From a virus (taxonomy: Duplodnaviria; Caudoviricetes), in the IMG/VR virus record IMGVR_UViG_3300027754_000035: 64,000 nucleotides of DNA; one strand, 5' to 3'. The notes beneath the pieces are model-generated. The model was not told the DNA's origin and did no database searches. It saw only the letters and a list, made by a program, of their open reading frames with translations. Position numbers and translations under genes: made by a program. This document shows, piece by piece, positions 48,187-55,166 of this stretch; within the stretch, counting starts at the first letter, position 1; each line of letters starts with the position of its first letter.

Positions 48187-48425
48187 ATCAATCCTTTTTC
48201 TTTATATTGTTTATTTTCTTGTTCTCTGATGTATAGGTAAGTTTCCCACCAAGCATCTTTTGCTGCTTGAATTCCCTCAAGATCTTTAATATCTTCAATT
48301 GTATCAAAAGATAAATTACCATCTATATTGGCAACAACATTGCATTGACAATCATAGATTTTAACATTGAATTTGGGTCGGGTCAACAAATGATAATCAT
48401 TTGGATGTTTAGCTGTACAAATCAT
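48183..48425 (-). CDS. Hypothetical protein (cassette array)
   Basis: Both ends lie in junction repeats. Confidence 0.55.
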   Translation of the reverse strand: MICTAKHPNDYHLLTRPKFNVKIYDCQCNVVANIDGNLSFDTIEDIKDLEGIQAAKDAWWETYLYIREQENKQYKEKGLI

Positions 48426-48461
48426 ATCAACTCTTTTTCTTTATAATCGCCGTTCAATTCA

Positions 48462-48926
48462 TTATAGTTTCCATCCTGATTCAATTGCTTTTTGTTTAAT
48501 ACGATAGTCAAAATCTTTTACGGCATAGTTACGATCAATCCTAGATTTTCGTACATACAATTCGTCTTCCGAAAAAGGAGTGTGCCCACTTATCATAACC
48601 CATTGATCCAAATGTGCGGATTTCAGTGACATATACCACTCCAACAAAGATGCATCCGATTTCAAATCAAAAAAGAAAATATTGTTGACATACTTGTATC
48701 TAACCTCCAACGCAATGTCATTCTTTATTTGTTCCTCGGTATAATCATGCGTATATTGTTTATAGTAAGCCTTGGCATCACCATCATGAATATCCATGCT
48801 TCCCCAATGATAATGCATTGTGCTCAATTTGCAACTTTTTTCGTCTGGCTCGTATTCAAAGCCATACAATTTACCATAGTGTTCAATATCCTCAAGGGAA
48901 AATATAGAGATTTTAGTTTGGGCCAT
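48462..48926 (-). CDS. Hypothetical protein (cassette array)
   Basis: Start lies in the junction repeat. Confidence 0.6.
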   Translation of the reverse strand: MAQTKISIFSLEDIEHYGKLYGFEYEPDEKSCKLSTMHYHWGSMDIHDGDAKAYYKQYTHDYTEEQIKNDIALEVRYKYVNNIFFFDLKSDASLLEWYMSLKSAHLDQWVMISGHTPFSEDELYVRKSRIDRNYAVKDFDYRIKQKAIESGWKL

Positions 48927-48927
48927 A

Positions 48928-49167
48928 TCAACTCTTTTTCTTTATAATTGGATCAAAGAATATATCTTCGTATCCTTTGTTCCAACATTCTTCAATGTCC
49001 TCATCAAAGTGAATCATACGTAATTTGCAACTATAATGCAAACTGAACCATTGATGTATATCTTCATTTTTGTTACCCAAATAGTGTGCGGTGGTCAGTG
49101 GATTGTTGCAAAAACAATCAATCATTGATTTGTGTTCGTCACAAACTGCTCTATACCATGTTTTCAT
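48928..49167 (-). CDS. Hypothetical protein
   Basis: C-terminus is encoded by the junction repeat. Confidence 0.55.
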   Translation of the reverse strand: MKTWYRAVCDEHKSMIDCFCNNPLTTAHYLGNKNEDIHQWFSLHYSCKLRMIHFDEDIEECWNKGYEDIFFDPIIKKKS

Positions 49168-49448
49168 TGAAATATAATTTTTTCATATTCATTATTCTGA
49201 TTAGTTTTTATGGACACGTTTATTTTGCTGCCACATTTGAAACAACCAGAGTTTGGTCTATATCTAAGCGAACAAATTGCCAAAGAGAAGTGCGATGAAT
49301 AATTACACACATCACATTGATCGTTGCTACATTTGAACTCCAAATACTGTTTTGATTCATCAAATTGTTTCAACTCATTGTTCAATAAAGAATGATATGT
49401 TTCAATCATCCGACGATTATTTTCGTCATCTATATGTTCGGTTGTCAT
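49164..49448 (-). CDS. Cys-rich (Zn-ribbon-like) hypothetical protein
   Basis: Start MTTEH within a 17-bp repeat shared with 49828-49844; C..C pairs. Confidence 0.55.
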   Translation of the reverse strand: MTTEHIDDENNRRMIETYHSLLNNELKQFDESKQYLEFKCSNDQCDVCNYSSHFSLAICSLRYRPNSGCFKCGSKINVSIKTNQNNEYEKIIFQ

Positions 49449-49476
49449 ATCAATCTTTTTAATTTCCGTTAACCAA

Positions 49477-49632
49477 TTATCGCCGTTGAGATTGCTTGTG
49501 GAAGAATTCCCAACCCTTCCAGCACCAGCGAGTTCCAAATCCTCCGAAGCCTCCGAATTTCAAGCGGCAGTACCGGCGAGTCAATGATTGGCGTTGGATG
49601 CCGTAGGTCTTTCCGTAGATTGTGATGGTCAT
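49477..49632 (-). CDS. 51-aa Arg/Gly/Trp-rich ORF absent from the track
   Basis: MTITIYGKTYGIQRQSLTRRYCRLKFGGFGGFGTRWCWKGWEFFHKQSQRR; ATGA overlap with the upstream stop. Confidence 0.5.
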   Translation of the reverse strand: MTITIYGKTYGIQRQSLTRRYCRLKFGGFGGFGTRWCWKGWEFFHKQSQRR

Positions 49633-49838
49633 ATTCTGCTATTTTCCAATCCAGATGTTAATGTTGACACTGTTTCTTTGTCACCACACGATTCGTTAAC
49701 AATACTTACGGCAGTGTCCAAACCATTATTGTATATGCCCTTCAACTTTTTAGCAAGACATAATTTGTCCTTGTCACTTGTTTTATCATAGTGATTGAGT
49801 ATATAGTCTGCCAGTTGGTAATATCTGTCGGTTGTCAT
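49629..49838 (-). CDS. Hypothetical protein
   Basis: Operon packing. Confidence 0.55.
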   Translation of the reverse strand: MTTDRYYQLADYILNHYDKTSDKDKLCLAKKLKGIYNNGLDTAVSIVNESCGDKETVSTLTSGLENSRI

Positions 49839-49839
49839 A

Positions 49840-50139
49840 TCAATTTTTATTGTCTTTCAATTCAGCAAATACTTTTTTAACTAAATCAAGTGCTACATTT
49901 CCAATTTCTGAGTAATCTGCATCAGGATCAAGTGGTTGTTTGGCAATACTTTCTGGAATCTGTGTCATATGTAATTTCCAATTATACTCTCCAACATAAT
50001 AATTGTCTGTATTATACCCATATTTTTCTCCAGCACTTTGAGCTTCTTCCTTTGTGTTATAACTACCAAGTATTACACCGTTGGGTTTGCTACCATGAGC
50101 AGGCACTTTTTCAAATACTGCATATTGTTTATTATTCAT
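49840..50139 (-). CDS. Hypothetical protein
   Basis: Operon packing. Confidence 0.55.
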   Translation of the reverse strand: MNNKQYAVFEKVPAHGSKPNGVILGSYNTKEEAQSAGEKYGYNTDNYYVGEYNWKLHMTQIPESIAKQPLDPDADYSEIGNVALDLVKKVFAELKDNKN

Positions 50140-50348
50140 TTGACATCAATGTTGTATTTTTCCTTGATTAACTGTCTGAAATCTGCCGGTCTCCACTGAT
50201 CAAAATGTTCCTCACCTGTTTCTTTATCTATTTTTGTGACAAAACTACGTGATGTCTCCTCGTCATATCGAATAACATGGGTACAGTGTTCTTTTTTATT
50301 CCACTCTCGTTCGTGTTCGGATGTGACGAAGATTGGTTTATTATTCAT
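50136..50348 (-). CDS. Hypothetical protein
   Basis: Operon packing; shares a 13-bp start with 49840..50139. Confidence 0.55.
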   Translation of the reverse strand: MNNKPIFVTSEHEREWNKKEHCTHVIRYDEETSRSFVTKIDKETGEEHFDQWRPADFRQLIKEKYNIDVK

Positions 50349-50556
50349 ATTCAGATGGAAACTTTATTTTTCTTCGCTCGTCGCTCGTTAGGGCACGACC
50401 CAAAGAAATCTTTAGGGCAAGATCACTAGATGGGTGCAGATCTATCCAAGCACCTTGCCCGTCATAATGGCTATTGTAACAAAGATACACGTCTTTATCA
50501 TATTTATTTACAGTCATGGGCTGAAAACATTTGGGGCAATATTGTGTCATATCCAA
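50341..50556 (-). CDS. Small Zn-ribbon protein
   Basis: CPKC...C..H. Confidence 0.5.
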   Translation of the reverse strand: MDMTQYCPKCFQPMTVNKYDKDVYLCYNSHYDGQGAWIDLHPSSDLALKISLGRALTSDERRKIKFPSEYE

Positions 50557-50804
50557 TATTCACAATCCAATTTATATTCTCTATAAATCATAAACTCCAT
50601 ATTAAACTGCCGCATAATATCTTGACACCTGGATTCTTCCAAATCATCTTGAACTTCTTTTTTGAATGCGTGTTCTAAATCGTCATTCTCAATAAATAAC
50701 AAATCATCAATTGATTCAAGACGTGTTTTTATGTGATGTGATAGTGTTTTTCTTCGTGTCTTGATTTCTTTAAGCGTTAGATCTAAATTTGGTTGTTCAT
50801 TCAT
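50547..50804 (-). CDS. Hypothetical protein
   Basis: Operon packing. Confidence 0.55.
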   Translation of the reverse strand: MNEQPNLDLTLKEIKTRRKTLSHHIKTRLESIDDLLFIENDDLEHAFKKEVQDDLEESRCQDIMRQFNMEFMIYREYKLDCEYWI

Positions 50805-50805
50805 A

Positions 50806-51270
50806 TTACTCCTTAAAATACTCTCTTACAGTATTTTCAAATATGGTCCTCAACTGTGGACTCATATTGTACTTGCCACTATTGATTTCAATGCTCTTAC
50901 GAATATTACCATCCTTGTTTCGCTCAGTAGCAGCTTTCCAGTCCGCCAACATTTCAATCAAATCTACAAGAGTCATGTCCTCAACTCCATTGGGCCAATG
51001 TTCTGGATGATGCCGGTTCTTGCTATAATGATGATCAATTGCCGGTTTCACTTCAACCAACAACTGTTTATACTCAGAACTACCATATACCGTCTGTCCC
51101 AACTTAGAAGTATTTTCAGCAAAAATACTCAGTTCAGGCTCTTCAAACTTGCTGTTGTCATGATTCTCTCCACGATGAATCAAATCAGCAACGAACAAAT
51201 TGAGGTTGTGCTGAACCTTACGAACATGCTTGTGGGTTTCTGCTAAACAGTAGTTTATTTTATCATTCAT
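50806..51270 (-). CDS. DUF5662-like His/Asp-rich (HD-like) protein
   Basis: THKHV...HDNSKF...HHYSKNRHHPEHW...IEMLADW. Confidence 0.72.
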   Translation of the reverse strand: MNDKINYCLAETHKHVRKVQHNLNLFVADLIHRGENHDNSKFEEPELSIFAENTSKLGQTVYGSSEYKQLLVEVKPAIDHHYSKNRHHPEHWPNGVEDMTLVDLIEMLADWKAATERNKDGNIRKSIEINSGKYNMSPQLRTIFENTVREYFKE

Positions 51271-51272
51271 AA

Positions 51273-51695
51273 TTAATTACTTCCTTCATCACGCATTTTC
51301 TTTGCAATAGCACAATCCTCCAACAACTCGGGATTATCAAAGATGTTGCCAATGATTTCCAAATCACAACTACCACAATTAACATAATTGCTCAATTCAT
51401 CGCCACCTACATACGATTGACAAATACAAAATCCTTCTCGTAACCACGTTACCACCCCCCTAGTGTAAATGCAACTACCAAATACTGATGACATTGTAGG
51501 TTCAGATTGTGTACGAACAATATCACCCTCATATAGATCAATATTACCTTTGGCTTTCACACCAGTCCACCATTGAATAGTATGACCTTGTTTGACAATC
51601 GGTTCACCTGGATAAATCACCAACGGTCCTTTAACCCATGTACGATACTTTTCATCGTAGATACGACATTTACTGATTGTTTTTCGGTTGATCAT
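51273..51695 (-). CDS. YopX family protein
   Basis: QWWTGVK...LYEGDIV...IIGNIFDNPELL. Confidence 0.8.
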   Translation of the reverse strand: MINRKTISKCRIYDEKYRTWVKGPLVIYPGEPIVKQGHTIQWWTGVKAKGNIDLYEGDIVRTQSEPTMSSVFGSCIYTRGVVTWLREGFCICQSYVGGDELSNYVNCGSCDLEIIGNIFDNPELLEDCAIAKKMRDEGSN

Positions 51696-52114
51696 TTTAA
51701 TAGTTCTGGATTCTTAAAAATGTTGCCTATATTAGAAGATTCATACGCCACATCACATGTTAGATTCACATAGTTTTGTTCATGGCTTGAATACTCCCAT
51801 TCCAATACAAATCCAGCTCGGTCGGTGTTATAGTACACAGTTCCTATTTTTCCGTTATGTGATAAAATATCTCCTTCGTAGATGTTGTTTCCTTTGCCGT
51901 CGGTCAAGCCTGTGTATTGCTGAACAACGTAATCTTGTTGATTGACTATATCTTTGGTAGCATCATCTTGATTACCGCCAATAGTAGTGATAAAGTCAAC
52001 AATATTACCATCACTATCTAGGTAATAGTTTGATGCGCAATGTAGTGATGAACCTGGATAGCAAGGTTCGTGTGTATAGCAATTTGATAATTTGCTCCAA
52101 ATTCTGTATTTCAT
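51692..52114 (-). CDS. YopX family protein
   Basis: KYRIW...QQYTGLTD.KG..IYEGDI...IGNIFKNPELL. Confidence 0.85.
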   Translation of the reverse strand: MKYRIWSKLSNCYTHEPCYPGSSLHCASNYYLDSDGNIVDFITTIGGNQDDATKDIVNQQDYVVQQYTGLTDGKGNNIYEGDILSHNGKIGTVYYNTDRAGFVLEWEYSSHEQNYVNLTCDVAYESSNIGNIFKNPELLK

Positions 52115-52120
52115 ATTTTC

Positions 52121-52690
52121 TTAAACACGTTTCACAAAATCCCACTTGTCAGCGTCATTCATTCTTGCACTGATACCATCACACAAATGCAACAACCATG
52201 CTGCCTTGGTCTTTGGCATCACTGGACTTCCCCACTCACGCTGTCCGTGATGTGACAAAATGTTGTGGGTAACACTATCAGCATACTTATTACCATATTT
52301 GAAACTATGTTGTGTACACGCACTGTTCCACACCAAAGCACTACGACTGATGTGATGAATCAATCGCTTGTGTTCATTACCGTTCCATTCCTTGTATGAA
52401 TTATCCGTTGGTTCATAATCCCACATTTTACCACAGTCATGAAACAATGCACTCAAATATACTTCAACTGGGTCAAGATTGAGTTGCAATGCAGCAATGT
52501 TGGCAAAGCATAGATCAACTACTTCGTGTGTATGTTGAACCAATCCACCTTTACCATAATGGTGTTGATGGGATTTACTGCTACCACTCCACAACTCAAA
52601 CCGAGGATCCGCAATTACAACTGACGCAATATCATATACACCAAGAATATTTGCTCGGACAATTAGTTGTTGTTTATAGTTATAGTTCAT
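52121..52690 (-). CDS. HD-domain phosphohydrolase (YhaM-like HD domain)
   Basis: HH...GGLVQHT, LFHDCGK, HNILSHHG..EWGSP..P...AWLLHLCD. Confidence 0.85.
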   Translation of the reverse strand: MNYNYKQQLIVRANILGVYDIASVVIADPRFELWSGSSKSHQHHYGKGGLVQHTHEVVDLCFANIAALQLNLDPVEVYLSALFHDCGKMWDYEPTDNSYKEWNGNEHKRLIHHISRSALVWNSACTQHSFKYGNKYADSVTHNILSHHGQREWGSPVMPKTKAAWLLHLCDGISARMNDADKWDFVKRV

Positions 52691-52692
52691 AA

Positions 52693-52944
52693 TTACCCGT
52701 TCAATTGATTTTTTTGAATACTATGACAGTTTTTGCTCAAAGCCAGAATTTCATCAAGACTTTCTTTGACCCTAATCGGATGAATCTGATTGTTTTTGGT
52801 AAAAATCAAGCTATGAACAATACTTGGTTCAATGTTGATCACCATATCAAGATTGATAAGGTTGGGAATGTATTTTCGATTGGTTTTGTTTTCGGTGGTA
52901 TCGTGTCCAAGATCCAAAACGTTTAGTTTGATAAAATGTGCCAT
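52693..52944 (-). CDS. Hypothetical protein
   Basis: First gene after the promoter. Confidence 0.55.
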   Translation of the reverse strand: MAHFIKLNVLDLGHDTTENKTNRKYIPNLINLDMVINIEPSIVHSLIFTKNNQIHPIRVKESLDEILALSKNCHSIQKNQLNG

Positions 52945-52967
52945 AAAATATTGATGTCGTTGTAATC

Positions 52968-52995
52968 AGTATACCACACGATCAAACATTGTCAA
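52968..52995 (-). promoter_or_regulatory. Sigma70-like promoter with extended -10, 16-nt spacer
   Basis: TTGACA-N16(TGTGG)-TATACT. Confidence 0.75.
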
Positions 52996-53031
52996 CAACA
53001 GAGTTAGCTACAAGAGGTTATTAACTGAAAG

Positions 53032-53108
53032 TGGTGGGCCCTGTCGGATTTGAACCGACAACCAGTTTTTTATGAGAAAACCGCTCTAACCAATTGAGCT
53101 AAGGGCCC
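53032..53108 (-). tRNA. tRNA-Ile2 (CAT, lysidine type)
   Basis: Cloverleaf GGGCCCT...GGGCCC-A-CCA; loop CTCATAA; close to E. coli ileX architecture. Confidence 0.85.
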
Positions 53109-53113
53109 TGAAA

Positions 53114-53188
53114 TGGGGAGCGGGTCCGAACTTTGCATTTCGCCTTCTGATCTGGACGACCAGCGTGCTCTCTTTACACTTGACCCGC
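53114..53188 (-). ncRNA. Degenerate tRNA-Gly(TCC)-like RNA
   Basis: Acceptor GCGGGTC/GACCCGC, U73, D and anticodon stems intact; loop CGTCCAG (G33) and no TTC T-loop. Confidence 0.6.
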
Positions 53189-53296
53189 ATTAAAAATTTG
53201 CAAGACTTACGAGTATCTTGCTGCCCTTTGAAAACTGAAGCCTAGTTGATCATTTCCAGACTGGGGTACTATGAGGTAGCTATCCTCAACAACCTC

Positions 53297-53324
53297 ACTA
53301 TATACCACAATTCGGAACTGTCAA
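53297..53324 (-). promoter_or_regulatory. Sigma70-like promoter, 16-nt spacer
   Basis: TTGACA-N16-TATAGT. Confidence 0.7.
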
Positions 53325-53354
53325 CAACAATAATAACTATGTATATGTAGAACT

Positions 53355-54209
53355 ATGAATTTCAAAAATACTGATATAATCGTGGTAAATCTTGTGAATC
53401 ATGATTTTCCACTGTTTCGCAAATTTTTGATCAATAATCATCAACATTTCAACAAAATTCATTATGTTGTGAATGGACCAGGATATCAGTTTAATAATAC
53501 CGAATCATACAATTATTTGGATGTGGTCAAAAGAAGCTTACCATTCGCAGATATTGTGTATGCATACCACGAAGATATTGATCATAGCAAACCCACAGAT
53601 CCCAGATCTTATTCAACAAATTTAGCACTGGATCGCAGCACCAGTGAATCTGTGTTGTTTCTGGAACCAGACGTGATCATTGGCAACATGGACTACCTTT
53701 TGAATTTGCCTGATACGTTTGACTACGTGGCACATTGTGAGGATAGTACGTATAGACTGTCACCATCTTTGATTTGGGCAAAACGTCATTTGATTGATGC
53801 CACATCTCGACAGTTTTTGTATGGTCACAATTTCCCATTTATTCGTAAATTGGTTGAACCACCTGAAAGCAGCACTCCAATTGCTGATCGAATTCGATAT
53901 TTCCCTGGACCAATTGGTGCCGATCACTTTGATTTTTTCACGGGTGAATTGTTGGGATTGAGCACCAATGCACATTTTATCAACCATCGATCATTTGATT
54001 TTTGGCATATGGGTGCAGTCATTCAAACAATGCATCTATTTAGATGTGGCGTATATGAATCAAATGGTGTACCCATATACAATTATCCCATGATGATTAA
54101 TTATCTACAACGCACATTGGATTGTGGTGTTGAACTGGACGATAGATATATAAAAGAATGTACCGCACATATTCAAAATATGAATGCGGTACTACAAGCT
54201 TTGGCTTGA
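53355..54209 (+). CDS. Putative GT-A glycosyltransferase-like protein within the tRNA cluster, opposite strand
   Basis: DFPLFRK; VLFLEPDV at the DXD position; paralog of 35694..36632. Confidence 0.55.
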   Translation: MNFKNTDIIVVNLVNHDFPLFRKFLINNHQHFNKIHYVVNGPGYQFNNTESYNYLDVVKRSLPFADIVYAYHEDIDHSKPTDPRSYSTNLALDRSTSESVLFLEPDVIIGNMDYLLNLPDTFDYVAHCEDSTYRLSPSLIWAKRHLIDATSRQFLYGHNFPFIRKLVEPPESSTPIADRIRYFPGPIGADHFDFFTGELLGLSTNAHFINHRSFDFWHMGAVIQTMHLFRCGVYESNGVPIYNYPMMINYLQRTLDCGVELDDRYIKECTAHIQNMNAVLQALA

Positions 54210-54215
54210 TTAAAA

Positions 54216-54300
54216 TGGTAGCCGCAGAGGGACTTGAACCCCCAAGCTGTTAAGCGACAGATTTTGAATCTGTAGTGTTTGCCAATTCCACCATGCGGCC
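54216..54300 (-). tRNA. tRNA-Leu (CAA)
   Basis: Class II cloverleaf, ACAGA-TTCAAAA-TCTGT, A73, CCA. Confidence 0.9.
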
Positions 54301-54331
54301 ATTAAAAGTCAAAAAACAACTAAAAAATTTG

Positions 54332-54414
54332 TGGGTATTGAAAGATTCGAACTTTCAATGCGGATATAAAGTGACCTGTTATATTCCGCTACTACTCCAA
54401 GTAGACACATACCC
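54332..54414 (-). ncRNA. tRNA-like RNA with an extended 10-bp anticodon arm and 9-nt loop
   Basis: Acceptor GGGTAT/ATACCC; perfect T-arm GAAAG-TTCGAAT-CTTTC; arm GCGGA(A)TATAA/TTATATCCGC. Confidence 0.65.
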
Positions 54415-54424
54415 ATAAAATTGT

Positions 54425-54589
54425 AGACCGTGGTGGGATTGGATCACCCACAACTAGTTTCAAGGCTGGTCAAGCTATATCTAGCACCCGTCTGACAGAC
54501 ACGATTTGATTCAACTACACTTGGAAACCACTCCAAGTAACGTACTTCGTGCGGCCCATCATCCGTATGTCTAATTCCATTACACGGTC
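54425..54589 (-). ncRNA. 165-nt tRNA-like RNA with a large structured insert
   Basis: 7-bp acceptor GACCGTG/CACGGTC, D-like ATG-GAATTAGA-CAT, T-like GTGGG/CCCAC, internal hairpins. Confidence 0.6.
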
Positions 54590-54593
54590 AAAG

Positions 54594-54685
54594 TGGTAGT
54601 CTCATGCAGAATCGAACTGCCCAGCACCCCAATCTAGGGATTATAGTCGTTATAAGCGACCCCATGCACCTTACATCTTGAGACT
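54594..54685 (-). tRNA. tRNA with TAT (Ile AUA) anticodon and long variable arm
   Basis: AGTCTCA/TGAGACT-A-CCA; GGTCG-CTTATAA-CGACT; ~20-nt variable region. Confidence 0.78.
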
Positions 54686-54693
54686 ATTAAAAT

Positions 54694-54780
54694 TGGTAGC
54701 GGGAGAGGGATTTGAACCCCCGAGGCACTAAGGCACCACGTTATGAGCGTGGCCAGATACCGGACTTCTGACATCCCGCA
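54694..54780 (-). tRNA. tRNA (CAT) with 1:72 mismatch and long variable region
   Basis: TGCGGGA/TCCCGCT-A-CCA; CCACG-CTCATAA-CGTGG; canonical T-arm. Confidence 0.78.
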
Positions 54781-54909
54781 GTCCATAAATTTTCAAAAAA
54801 AACAGTGATTAGGTTAACCCCAACATCCATATGTTACGTTCTATATTTCGTCCACAAAGAATGCCTTCTTTGTATCGCCGATTTATATCTTTGTTGGCTA
54901 ATCAAAAAT

Positions 54910-54983
54910 TGGTTGCGGATGGAGGAATTGAACCTCCAGCTTCAGCTTATGAAACTGACGAGTTACCGTTACTCTAACCCGCA
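54910..54983 (-). tRNA. tRNA-Met (CAT)
   Basis: TGCGGGT/ATCCGCA-A-CCA; TCAGT-TTCATAA-GCTGA. Confidence 0.85.
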
Positions 54984-55003
54984 ATTGTAAAAGAACAAAA
55001 AAT

Positions 55004-55158
55004 TGGTCCGACTGTTTTTTATTGAATCCTAATCCAGTCGGACGATTAGGATACCATGACTCATCCCCGCAACCAAGAAGTTTTTTAAGAGAACTTCCAA
55101 CTCTAGGGGCATTTTGGTTATTAACCCTCCACCAGACCGTTTCTTTTAAGCAACGGAC
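55004..55158 (-). ncRNA. Structured ~155-nt RNA ending in ACCA with interlocked 9-bp stems
   Basis: a-b-a'-linker-b' arrangement at 55006-55052; two upstream hairpins with CTTAAAA loops. Confidence 0.5.
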
Positions 55159-55166
55159 AAACAAAA

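Larger units (their letters stand above)
47698..48946 (-). repeat. Four copies of a 23-bp gene-junction repeat (TATAAAGAAAAAGAGTTGATATG) at 47698, 48184, 48423, 48924
   Basis: Three identical copies and one with 2 mismatches; each ends in the ATG of the next ORF. Confidence 0.92.

Noticed and set aside
47698-48946. CRISPR array
   Set aside because: Intervals are 239-501 bp and protein-coding; the repeat is not palindromic; no cas genes
54425-54589. tmRNA or group I intron-containing tRNA
   Set aside because: No Ala G3:U70 acceptor or tag ORF; far too short for either
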